This document shows, in pieces, positions 47,774-57,128 of a stretch of DNA of 64,000 nucleotides. The stretch comes from an uncultured Pelagibacteraceae bacterium (GTDB taxonomy: Bacteria; Pseudomonadota; Alphaproteobacteria; Pelagibacterales; Pelagibacteraceae). A program made the translations under genes and the position numbers. The stretch spans positions 527-64,526 of the forward strand of contig CACHRU010000004.1 in the NCBI GenBank assembly GCA_902582345.1, in the 5' to 3' direction. The notes beneath the pieces were generated by a model that had not been told where the DNA came from, made no database searches, and was given only the letters and a program-made list of their open reading frames with translations. How positions within the stretch are numbered: position 1 is the stretch's first letter; every line of letters starts with the position of its first letter.

Positions 47774-49889
47774 TTAAAAAATCCCAAAAAAAGTTTTTTG
47801 TTTTAAAGCCTAAAGTTTTTTTAATTATGTAATCTGCAATAATAGTAGAGTTGAAATACTTGAAATATTTTAATCTTCCAGCTCTAGCAATTTTCTTCCT
47901 TTTACTATCGTCTTTATTTAATAAGTTTATTTTTTCAGCTAATTCATCAATATTATTATAGAAAACTAATTCACTTTCTGTGAATAAATCATTTAATTTT
48001 GTTTTTCTATCCACAAAAGTTAGCAAACCATTTCCCACCATTTGGGAAATTCGATCACTACTATAGTATTTTATAGGCTCACCTTGGCTTAAATTTAAAG
48101 CCATTTTGGATTGAGAAATTGTTTTTAAATAATTATCAGCCCAAATAGGTTGTTTATTATCCATGCCATAAATATCATATTTTACTGTGGGTGTTTTTGA
48201 AATTAATTTTTTTATAAAATTTTCTCTTACATCAAATTTACCTTTTTTAAGTATTCCCCTGTGAACTCCATGACTCATTGCAAAAAATAGATCTCTATTA
48301 AAAGACTTTTTTTGGTCAATTTTAAGTTTTTCGAAAGAGCTATCTACAGGGTTTGGTAAATAAAATATATTATCTTTATTAAATTTTAGAACATCTGGAG
48401 ATGTTGTGCAAAAATTTGCATCAGTTATAGAAAATTTATCTTCAAATCGTTTACGATTTATTGACCACTCGGAGTCCATTCTGTCTAAAAACCACTGTGA
48501 TATCTTAATATTTGGATAAATCTGTTTAATATATATTAAAGTTTCATTATTTATTAAATCTGCATGTCCAAGGACTATAAGATCAGGTAAATAATTACTT
48601 ACAACTTCTATTAGTTTTTTGTTAAGTTTTTTTGATCCTTTTATATCATTAATTGATCTATAGTAACTTACAATGTCCCTATCACTAAATTCTAAAACAC
48701 TATGATTTAATCTGATAAAACCATTGTTAATTCTTCTGCCTGTATTATAAAAAAGTCTACCGTTGTGCCTTTCATTAAAATTAGTAATGTGCAAAATTTT
48801 AAGTCTTTTTTGTAGGTCATGCTTTAAATTAAAATCTTTGCTTAAACTTATTTTTTTTCTGTAATTATCTATTTTATTAGAAATGTATTTATGAGTTAAA
48901 TAAAAATTTTTAACTGATAATTTTTGTAATTCTTTCCTAAATCTTATGTTTTTAATAAGATTATCAATAGCGACAAACAAATTTTTAGTACTTAATGACC
49001 TTAAAATTACACCGTTGGTAATAGTCTCTGGCAACCCTCCCCTATTACTTATAATAACAGCACAGCCTCGACTAGAAGCTTCTAGACCAGTTCTTCCAAA
49101 GGGTTCTTCCCACCTCGAACATGCTACAGCAATATTAGTTCTATCAAAAATTTTTAAAACCTTTTTATGCTCTAGAAAACCTAGCAAGTTAAGATTTTTA
49201 TGCCTAAAAATTATTTTTTCACGGTGCTCATCACCAATTACATAGGCTTTCCAATCTTTATATTTGTTTAAAATTTTAATTACTGCTTTTCCAAAAATAT
49301 CATAACCTTTTGCTGAATTAAGTTTACCAACGAAAGTAATAATTTTTTCTTTATTTTTAAGGTTTATTCTTTTTTTTATATTTGCAGATTGTTGTATAAC
49401 TTCAAGTTTTTCAGAATTATGTATTACTTTATTCAAATCACTAATAAATCTACTTTTGGACCATTCACTATTAAAGATGACTTTGGAACAAATAAACAAT
49501 AATTTTAATCGTTCATCAACAGTTTTGGAGCCTATCATTGATAACGGATCATTGTGGAAATATAAAACTATTTTTGATTTAGTATTTTTCTTAATCATCC
49601 TCACATAATTTGGTCTATTATGGATTTCTATTAAGTCAGATTTACGTTTTTTTTCGAGTTTAATAAATTCATCAACATACTTTTTTGACTGACTTTGAAA
49701 AATTTTTTTTTCAAGTGGTATATTAATATAATTTAAGTTAAAAATATTCTTGTATTTTGTGTTTCCATAAATATTTATATTTTTTTTATAATTACTTATC
49801 TTAACAGTGTCATTTATAAATAATGAAACGGCTCCAGCATAACTTGGTGAAAAATTTTCTTTATAAGGTAGTAAAATAGATATTTTCAT
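47766..49889 (-). CDS. two-domain glycosyltransferase (GT4 plus CgeB-like GT-B domain)
   Basis: FVGKL...KG, EEPFGRTGLEA; second half with YSSDRI and G.L.F. Confidence 0.82.
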   Translation of the reverse strand: MKISILLPYKENFSPSYAGAVSLFINDTVKISNYKKNINIYGNTKYKNIFNLNYINIPLEKKIFQSQSKKYVDEFIKLEKKRKSDLIEIHNRPNYVRMIKKNTKSKIVLYFHNDPLSMIGSKTVDERLKLLFICSKVIFNSEWSKSRFISDLNKVIHNSEKLEVIQQSANIKKRINLKNKEKIITFVGKLNSAKGYDIFGKAVIKILNKYKDWKAYVIGDEHREKIIFRHKNLNLLGFLEHKKVLKIFDRTNIAVACSRWEEPFGRTGLEASSRGCAVIISNRGGLPETITNGVILRSLSTKNLFVAIDNLIKNIRFRKELQKLSVKNFYLTHKYISNKIDNYRKKISLSKDFNLKHDLQKRLKILHITNFNERHNGRLFYNTGRRINNGFIRLNHSVLEFSDRDIVSYYRSINDIKGSKKLNKKLIEVVSNYLPDLIVLGHADLINNETLIYIKQIYPNIKISQWFLDRMDSEWSINRKRFEDKFSITDANFCTTSPDVLKFNKDNIFYLPNPVDSSFEKLKIDQKKSFNRDLFFAMSHGVHRGILKKGKFDVRENFIKKLISKTPTVKYDIYGMDNKQPIWADNYLKTISQSKMALNLSQGEPIKYYSSDRISQMVGNGLLTFVDRKTKLNDLFTESELVFYNNIDELAEKINLLNKDDSKRKKIARAGRLKYFKYFNSTIIADYIIKKTLGFKTKNFFWDFLNE

Positions 49890-50134
49890 GAACTTTTATT
49901 TTTAATATTATTTCTTAGCGTTCTATTGTTCTTTATATAATATTCTCTAGAAATTGCTTTACTTTTTGTTTTAACTTTCTCCTTATAAATTAATTCCCAT
50001 TTTCTTCCCCTAGTAAATTTTGCACCTTTTCCTTTATTATGAAGACTTAATCTTTTCGAAATATCATTGGTATAACCCACGTATGTAATATTTTTTTTTG
50101 GAAGAGATCTTAACATATAAACATAATACTTCAT
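49886..50134 (-). CDS. GIY-YIG nuclease family protein (YhbQ-like)
   Basis: YVYML, YVGYT, R...HN.GKGAKFTR, E..IK. Confidence 0.88.
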   Translation of the reverse strand: MKYYVYMLRSLPKKNITYVGYTNDISKRLSLHNKGKGAKFTRGRKWELIYKEKVKTKSKAISREYYIKNNRTLRNNIKNKSS

Positions 50135-50154
50135 TTAAATTTAATCCTATTATT

Positions 50155-50775
50155 TTATGCAGGATCTGAAGTCCCTGCAGAAACGATAAATTTAGAAGCT
50201 TGTTCAAACGAAATATCTAAGTAGATTAGATCATTTTTAGGAACCATAAGTAAAAATCCACTAGTAGGATTTGGTGTTGTTGGAACAAAAACATTGACTA
50301 ATTTTTTATCAGTTTTTTGACTCATGGAAGCATTGTTCTCTTTAGTAACGAAACCAACGACCCAAACATCTTTTCTAGGGTATTCAAGAAGTACAACGCT
50401 TTTTTTCTTATCTCCAGAACCGCTATCTGTAAATGACTCTGTCATTTGTCCAATAGCTGAATAAATTGTTCTTAAAATCGGTATTTTTTTTAAAAGTGAA
50501 TTAAGTAATTCTATTATTTTTTTTCCTAAAAATGATAAAGATAGCCAACCAATAAATGTAATAAATATTATTGATATTAAAATCTCTATTCCAGGAATAT
50601 CTATAGGAAGATAATGATTGGGATTTATTTCCTTTGGAATAATTTTAGTTGAAATTTTTATTATAAAAACTGTCAAATATAAAGTTATTGCAAGCGGGAT
50701 AAGTACAACCGCTCCAGCAAAGAAATAGTTTCTTATTCTAGAAAATAAAGATTTTTTCTGCTTTTTTTTAGCCAT
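50155..50775 (-). CDS. DUF502 domain membrane protein
   Basis: RNYFFAG, IPILRTIY, EYPR, VFVPTTPNPTSGF. Confidence 0.88.
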   Translation of the reverse strand: MAKKKQKKSLFSRIRNYFFAGAVVLIPLAITLYLTVFIIKISTKIIPKEINPNHYLPIDIPGIEILISIIFITFIGWLSLSFLGKKIIELLNSLLKKIPILRTIYSAIGQMTESFTDSGSGDKKKSVVLLEYPRKDVWVVGFVTKENNASMSQKTDKKLVNVFVPTTPNPTSGFLLMVPKNDLIYLDISFEQASKFIVSAGTSDPA

Positions 50776-50860
50776 CAGTTATAACTTGAATATATTATAA
50801 ATACTAAAATTAATAAAAAAATTGCAATTAATAATTTATTATTTAAAATCATGAATCTTA

Positions 50861-51697
50861 ATGAAATATAACATAAATAGAAGAAAATTTCTTGGCTTAA
50901 TTGGATGCGGTTGTTGTGGTCTTTTTTTGCCATCTTGTTCAACAGTGCCAATAACTGAAAGAAAACAATTGACGATTGTTTCAGAGGCAAGAATTAATTT
51001 ACAAGCAGCTGCTGCATATGAAAAATTTAAATCAAAAAATAAACTAATTAATACAGGCAAACAAATTAAAGAGATTAAGGATATAGGAAAAAGAATGGAA
51101 AATTCTGTATCGGCTTTTTTTCAAAAACAAAATAAAATTGATCCGACTTCAGATTTTGAATGGGATTATGTTTTAGTAGATAATGATAAAGTTAAAAATG
51201 CTTGGTGCATGCCTGGAGGCAAGATAGCTGTCTACACAGGAATTTTAAAAGTTACAAAAAATAAAGATGCACTTGCTGCTGTCATGGGTCATGAAATAGC
51301 TCACGCTGTTGCAAAACATTCAGTTGAAAGAATGAGTCATGCTATGACAATAAATGTGGGCACACAAATTGCTGATATTTTTTTAGGTGGTGCAATTAAT
51401 AGAACAAGAAATACAGTTGGCCAAAATACTGGCATGGATATTTTTCAATTGGGCATTATGAATCCTTTTGGTAGAAAACAAGAAACTGAAGCTGATTATT
51501 TAGGTTTGATTTTTGCTTCACTTTCTGCGTTTGATATAAGAGAATCTATCAATTTGTGGAAAAGAATGTCAGAAAGTAAAAAAGGTAAAGAGATCCCCGA
51601 GTTTATGAGCACTCATCCCTCGAGCAAAAAAAGAATATTAAACTTACAGGGTTGGGTTAAAGAGGTAATGATAAAATACCCACCAATAAAAATTTAA
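50861..51697 (+). CDS. M48 family metallopeptidase (lipoprotein)
   Basis: NAWCMPGGK, HEIAH, E.EAD..G, STHP; RRKFLG and LPSC signal. Confidence 0.92.
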   Translation: MKYNINRRKFLGLIGCGCCGLFLPSCSTVPITERKQLTIVSEARINLQAAAAYEKFKSKNKLINTGKQIKEIKDIGKRMENSVSAFFQKQNKIDPTSDFEWDYVLVDNDKVKNAWCMPGGKIAVYTGILKVTKNKDALAAVMGHEIAHAVAKHSVERMSHAMTINVGTQIADIFLGGAINRTRNTVGQNTGMDIFQLGIMNPFGRKQETEADYLGLIFASLSAFDIRESINLWKRMSESKKGKEIPEFMSTHPSSKKRILNLQGWVKEVMIKYPPIKI

Positions 51698-51702
51698 TTT
51701 AT

Positions 51703-51778
51703 TGGTGAGCCCTGATGGACTCGAACCATCGACACCCTCCTTAAAAGGGAGGTGCTCTACCAACTGAGCTAAGGGCCC
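51703..51778 (-). tRNA. tRNA-Lys(TTT)
   Basis: Minus strand GGGCCCT.../...AGGGCTC-A-CCA; anticodon loop CT-TTT-AA. Confidence 0.96.
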
Positions 51779-51819
51779 AAAAGAGATACTTTTTATATAT
51801 AATCTCGATAAAATTCAAA

Positions 51820-52941
51820 TCAATTTTTTTCGAATATTTTCATATATTTTCTATAGAAAAGATTAAATCTTTTCTTATGAATTTCTTCTCTAATTTTAAT
51901 CATTAACTGTTGATAAAAGTTAATATTATGTAATGAAATCAGCATTGAGGCTAGCATTTCATTAGATTTAACCAGATGGTGAAGATAACTTTTAGAGTAA
52001 CTATTAAGACCCCTGATGTGGCAATTTTTATCAATTGGATTCTTGTCGTATTTATATTTTGAGTTTCTTAAATTTACTTTTCCATTCCAAGTATACGCTA
52101 AACCTGTTCGTCCAGATCTAGTAGGTAGTACACAATCAAACATGTCTATACCACACTTTATAGCACCCAATAAATCTGAAGGGGTGCCTACCCCCATTAA
52201 ATATCTGGGTTTATTTTTAGGCATATATTTAACCGTCTCACTTAGTATTTTTAGCATTTGTGATTGTGTTTCTCCTACCGCGAGACCACCCATGGCATAA
52301 CCTTGAAAATTAATTTCTTTTAATTTTTCTAAGCACTCAAGTCTTAAATCTTTATGCAGCCCACCTTGAATTATTCCAAATAAAGCTTTTTTTTTATTAT
52401 TTCCAAATTCAATTTTACATCTTTTAGCCCAACTTATTGAAATTTTTAACGATTCATTTAACTGTTTTTTATTTAATGTTAGTTTTGGACAATCGTCTAA
52501 TACCATCAATATATCTGAATTTATTTTTTTTTGAATTTGAATGCTTTTTTCTGGACTTAAAATTATTTTTTTTCCGTCTAAATGTGATTTAAATATTGCT
52601 CCAATTTTTGGATCTATGTGATTAAATTTAGAAAGAGACATAATTTGGTAGCCGCCAGAGTCAGTTAGTATGGGTTTGTTCCACTGCATAAATTTATGCA
52701 AACCACCAAAACTAGATATTATGTCTGTTCCTGGTCGTAAAAAAAGATGATAAGTGTTTCCTAGAATAATCTCAGATTTTGTTTTAAGAAGATCATCTAA
52801 GAAAATACCCTTTAAAGTACCTTGCGTTCCAACAGGCATGAACGCTGGTGTATTGATTACTCCCCTAGATGTAAAAATTTTACCAACTCTAGCTTCATTG
52901 TCTTTCGTTGTTAACTTAAATGAGAAATTTGATTTTAACAT
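51820..52941 (-). CDS. tgt: tRNA-guanine transglycosylase
   Basis: TPAFMPVGT, GNTYHL, TDSGGYQ, GGLAVGE, YLMGVG, DMFDCV. Confidence 0.95.
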   Translation of the reverse strand: MLKSNFSFKLTTKDNEARVGKIFTSRGVINTPAFMPVGTQGTLKGIFLDDLLKTKSEIILGNTYHLFLRPGTDIISSFGGLHKFMQWNKPILTDSGGYQIMSLSKFNHIDPKIGAIFKSHLDGKKIILSPEKSIQIQKKINSDILMVLDDCPKLTLNKKQLNESLKISISWAKRCKIEFGNNKKKALFGIIQGGLHKDLRLECLEKLKEINFQGYAMGGLAVGETQSQMLKILSETVKYMPKNKPRYLMGVGTPSDLLGAIKCGIDMFDCVLPTRSGRTGLAYTWNGKVNLRNSKYKYDKNPIDKNCHIRGLNSYSKSYLHHLVKSNEMLASMLISLHNINFYQQLMIKIREEIHKKRFNLFYRKYMKIFEKN

Positions 52942-52945
52942 CAAA

Positions 52946-53500
52946 TTATTTTGATCTTATACTTATAATCTTATCTGGATTACTTACAGTTCCGTTAGGG
53001 CCGTCACCCTTTTTAATTTTATCAATTAATTCCATTCCTTTAACCACTTTGCCAAAAGCAGTGTATTGACGATCTAAATGTGGAGCTGAGTCAAAGCAAA
53101 TAAAAAATTGACTATTAGCACTATCGGGATCTGCAGATCTAGCGGCCGATAAAACTCCTCTTGTATGCGCTACATCAGAAAATTCTGCTTTTAAGTCCGG
53201 AAGATCAGATCCACCGGTTCCCACTCGACTTAAATCAAAATCAGATGAGTTTGAATTACCAAATTTAACATCTCCTGATTGTGCCATAAATCCAGATATG
53301 ACCCTATGAAAAACAACACCATCATATTTGCCTTCATTAGATAAAGTTTCAAATCTTTTGACATGGTTCGGAGCTACATCTTTAAATAATTCTATTTCTA
53401 CATTTCCATCCTTTAATTTCATAATCATAATATTTTCTCCTGCGTTTATTTTTGAATTGAATATTAAAACAAAAAAAAAATAAAATAAAACTTTCTTCAT
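52946..53500 (-). CDS. cyclophilin-type peptidyl-prolyl isomerase
   Basis: FHRVI.GFMAQ, SANSQFFI, LDRQYTAFG. Confidence 0.93.
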   Translation of the reverse strand: MKKVLFYFFFVLIFNSKINAGENIMIMKLKDGNVEIELFKDVAPNHVKRFETLSNEGKYDGVVFHRVISGFMAQSGDVKFGNSNSSDFDLSRVGTGGSDLPDLKAEFSDVAHTRGVLSAARSADPDSANSQFFICFDSAPHLDRQYTAFGKVVKGMELIDKIKKGDGPNGTVSNPDKIISIRSK

Positions 53501-53988
53501 TATATTCTCTTTTTTAAATATTTTATTACTGATTTTGTCAAAAATTTACTTATGTTACCATCTAATTTTGAAATCTCTTTAACAAATTTTGATGAAATAA
53601 TTTGATTCTCAACGTCTGACATAAGAAAAATTGTCTCAATATTACTACTTAGTTTTTTATTCATTCCAGCAAGTTGAAACTCGTACTCAAAATCGGAAAC
53701 TGCTCTTAAACCTCTAATTATAATTTCTGCTTTATATTTTTTACATAAGTCTATTGTAAGACTACTAAATGGAACAATTTTGATTTTGCTTTTGCTTAGT
53801 CTTAAGTCTTTAAATAATGAAAGTTTTATAATTTCTATACGTTCATCTATTGAAAAAAAATAATCTTTATTTGAATTATCAGTTGTAGCAATAACTAGCT
53901 TATCGACTATTTTTAGAGACTTCTTAATTACATCTATATGACCTAGAGTAAGTGGATCGAAGGTTCCTGGATAAATAGCTGTTCTCAT
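53500..53988 (-). CDS. coaD: pantetheine-phosphate adenylyltransferase
   Basis: YPGTFDP.TLGH, RGLRAVSDFEYE, ISS. Confidence 0.96.
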   Translation of the reverse strand: MRTAIYPGTFDPLTLGHIDVIKKSLKIVDKLVIATTDNSNKDYFFSIDERIEIIKLSLFKDLRLSKSKIKIVPFSSLTIDLCKKYKAEIIIRGLRAVSDFEYEFQLAGMNKKLSSNIETIFLMSDVENQIISSKFVKEISKLDGNISKFLTKSVIKYLKKRI

Positions 53989-56564
53989 TATTCAATATTA
54001 TTTTCAATTTTAATTACAGACGCAACTTTTTCGTTACCTGATAATTTTTTAATTCTAACACCCTGGGTGTTTCTGCCGGCTACACGGATTTCTTTAACTG
54101 CACATCTCATAATACTCCCCTTATCTGTAGATAATATTATTTCATCATTATCCTCAACAACTAATGTTGCTGCGACATTTCCATTTCTTTGTGAATTAAT
54201 TATTCCTATAATGCCTTTTCCTCCACGATTAGTTACTCTATAGTCCATATACGAAGATCTTTTACCATATCCATTTTCTGTAACCGACAAAATAAATTTG
54301 TTTAAACCGTTTTTAATCTTAGCATCTTTTTTAATAGTTTTTTTATCAATTTGTGAGTTATCTAAAACTGATAATGATATTACCTTGTCGTTGTCTTTAA
54401 GAGTAATCCCCTTAATTCCTTTTGATGATCTACCTTTAAATAATCTTAATTTCTTAGACATAAATCGTATACATTTTCCGTTTTTAGTACCAAGAAGAAT
54501 ATCTTGATCTTCTTTGCAGATTTTAACACCTACTATTTTATCATTTTCCTCTAATTTCATAGCAATTTTACCGCTAGAGCTAATATTGTTAAAATCTTCA
54601 AGTGAGTTTTTTCGTACGTTACCATTAGCTGTAACAAAAATTACCATAAGTTTTTTCCACTCGTTTTCGTCTTCAGGTAAAGGCATTATAGAACTAATTG
54701 AATGATGGCTCTTTAAAGGGAGTAAATTAAAAATAGATTTGCCTTTTGAAACTGCTGTTCCTTCGGGAATTTTATAAGCTTTTATTTTATAAACCAATCC
54801 TTGAGTTGAAAAAAATAAAACTGGTGTGTGGGTATTAGCAGTAAAAATTTGCACCACAAAATCTTCGTCCCTAGTAACTATACCCTTTTTCCCTTTACCC
54901 CCTCTTTTTTGAGATTTCAAAGAAGTTAAAGGGCTTCTTTTGATATACCCTTGATTAGTAATATTTATAACCACTGACTCTTTTTGTATAGTTTCCTCTA
55001 TATTGTAATTTAGAACAGCATCAATAATTTTTGTTCTTCTAGGTACTGAGTATTTATCTTTAATGTTAAGTAATTCAGATTTAATAACATTGTAAAGTTC
55101 CTTTTTCGAGTTAAGAATTTTATTGTACTCATGAATCAATTTTGATAATTTAAGAATTTCATTTTCTATTTCGCTAATTCCATAAGCTGTCAATCTTTGC
55201 AATTTTAAGTCGAGAATTGCTTCCACTTGAGTTATTGAAAATTGGTATGAGGAAATATTTTTCTTTTTTTCAACTAATTTTATAATTTTATTACTTTTTT
55301 TAATTTTCCATTTTTTTTCAAGTAATTTATTTTTTGCATTTTCTGTATTTTTTGAATTTTTAATAATTTTTACAATTTCATCAATATTTTCAACGGAGAT
55401 GGCAATACCAATTAGAATATGCGCTCTGTCTTCGGCTTTCTTTAAATCAAATTTTATTCTTTGTGTTAACGTAAATTCTCTAAATTTTAAAAATTCAGAT
55501 AAAAATTCTTTTAAATTTAAAATCTTTGGTTTATTTTCAACGATTGCTAAAGTGTTAAATCCAAAAGAGCTTTCAATATTAGTCAACTTATAAAGTTGAC
55601 GTCTGATTGTTTCTGGCTCTATGCCTTTTCTTAATTCAATTACAACTCTAATCCCATCTCTATTAGACTCATCCCTAATATCTCTAACACCCTCTATTTT
55701 TTTATCTCTTGCTAATTGAGCTATTTTTTCAATAAGCAAGGATTTATTAATTTGATAAGGAATAGATTTAATAATTAGACTGTCTCTACCACTTTTTTTC
55801 TCTTCAAATTCTATTTCACCTCTAATTTTAAACGAGCCTCTACCTTTATTATATCCTTGTTTAATAATATCTTTTCCAATAATTACTCCGCCAGTTGGAA
55901 AATCAGGGCCAGGCACATGTTTCATCAATTGAGAAATCGTAATATCTTTATTTTCAATAAATGCGATTGTTGCATTAATTATCTCACCTAAATTGTGAGG
56001 AGGTATACTTGTTGCCATACCTACAGCAATACCACCAGCTCCATTTACTAACAAATTTGGATATTGAGATGGTAAAACTGTTGGTTCCTTTTCGGTTTCG
56101 TCATAATTATTTCTATACGACACGGTGTTTTTTTCTAAGTCTTCAGTAAGGTGTTTTGCTATTCTTGCCAATTTTGTTTCGGTATATCTCATTGCTGCTG
56201 GTGGATCTCCATCTATTGAGCCAAAATTACCCTGACCACTTATTAAAGGTAAGCTCATTGAAAATTCTTGAACTAATCTAACCAAAGCGTCATAAACTGA
56301 TTGATCACCATGTGGATGATATTTACCAATTACATCTCCTACTATTCTTGCAGATTTTCTAAAAGATTTTGTCCAATCGTATCCTCCCTTGTACATCGCA
56401 TAAATAATTCTTCTATGAACAGGTTTTAAACCATCTCTTACGTCTGGAAGAGCTCTACTAACAATTACGCTCATCGCATAAGATAAGTAAGATGAGCTCA
56501 TTTCATCTTGAACAAAAATTTGTTTATATGAATTATTTGAACTTTGAGTAGTTATTTTTTCCAT
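53988..56564 (-). CDS. gyrA: DNA gyrase subunit A
   Basis: RALPDVRDGLKP, HPHGD, AMRYTE, GyrA-box QKRGGKG. Confidence 0.97.
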   Translation of the reverse strand: MEKITTQSSNNSYKQIFVQDEMSSSYLSYAMSVIVSRALPDVRDGLKPVHRRIIYAMYKGGYDWTKSFRKSARIVGDVIGKYHPHGDQSVYDALVRLVQEFSMSLPLISGQGNFGSIDGDPPAAMRYTETKLARIAKHLTEDLEKNTVSYRNNYDETEKEPTVLPSQYPNLLVNGAGGIAVGMATSIPPHNLGEIINATIAFIENKDITISQLMKHVPGPDFPTGGVIIGKDIIKQGYNKGRGSFKIRGEIEFEEKKSGRDSLIIKSIPYQINKSLLIEKIAQLARDKKIEGVRDIRDESNRDGIRVVIELRKGIEPETIRRQLYKLTNIESSFGFNTLAIVENKPKILNLKEFLSEFLKFREFTLTQRIKFDLKKAEDRAHILIGIAISVENIDEIVKIIKNSKNTENAKNKLLEKKWKIKKSNKIIKLVEKKKNISSYQFSITQVEAILDLKLQRLTAYGISEIENEILKLSKLIHEYNKILNSKKELYNVIKSELLNIKDKYSVPRRTKIIDAVLNYNIEETIQKESVVINITNQGYIKRSPLTSLKSQKRGGKGKKGIVTRDEDFVVQIFTANTHTPVLFFSTQGLVYKIKAYKIPEGTAVSKGKSIFNLLPLKSHHSISSIMPLPEDENEWKKLMVIFVTANGNVRKNSLEDFNNISSSGKIAMKLEENDKIVGVKICKEDQDILLGTKNGKCIRFMSKKLRLFKGRSSKGIKGITLKDNDKVISLSVLDNSQIDKKTIKKDAKIKNGLNKFILSVTENGYGKRSSYMDYRVTNRGGKGIIGIINSQRNGNVAATLVVEDNDEIILSTDKGSIMRCAVKEIRVAGRNTQGVRIKKLSGNEKVASVIKIENNIE

Positions 56565-56569
56565 GGTTT

Positions 56570-57028
56570 TTAAAATGGAATTTCATCATCTAAATCATTT
56601 CCAGCTTGTTTGATGTTTTCATCTGGAAGAGAGCTTTTTTCGTCATTTACTAAATTGCTGGTACCACTTTTATTTTTTCCATCGAGCATTGTGAGACTAG
56701 AATTGTACCCTTGCAGCACTATTTCGGTTGAATATTTGTCTTGGCCACTTGCTTCATCTTTCCATTTTCTAGTGGACAATTGTCCTTCAACATAAACATT
56801 CGCTCCCTTTTTTAAATATTGTTGTACCACATTAATTAATCCTTCATTAAATATAACCACTCTATGCCACTCGGTTTTTTCTTTTCTTTCACCACTATTT
56901 TTATCTTTCCATGATTGGCTGGTGGCTATACTTAACCTTGCGACGTTTTTTCCGTTAACCATTTGTTTGATTTCTGGGTCTGCCCCCAATCGCCCGATTA
57001 ATAACACTTTATTTAAACTTCCTGCCAT
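56570..57028 (-). CDS. ssb: single-stranded DNA-binding protein
   Basis: NKVLLIGRLG.DPE, TEWHRV, C-terminal DDEIPF. Confidence 0.97.
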   Translation of the reverse strand: MAGSLNKVLLIGRLGADPEIKQMVNGKNVARLSIATSQSWKDKNSGERKEKTEWHRVVIFNEGLINVVQQYLKKGANVYVEGQLSTRKWKDEASGQDKYSTEIVLQGYNSSLTMLDGKNKSGTSNLVNDEKSSLPDENIKQAGNDLDDEIPF

Positions 57029-57128
57029 AATAATTTAGAATAAATTTTTGATTTTAAACTTTAATACTTTTAAATTATAACATATTTGAATAACAAAGAT
57101 AAGTTTATAATTTTTAAATATAATAATA

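Noticed and set aside
56290-56320. GyrA GDQSVYD (Gln at the Ser83-equivalent position) as acquired quinolone resistance
   Set aside because: Natural variation at this position is common in alphaproteobacteria; no sign of selection or mobility.
57029-57128. LexA/SOS box between ssb and uvrA
   Set aside because: No GTTC-N7-GTTC or GAAC-N7-GAAC alphaproteobacterial box is visible.
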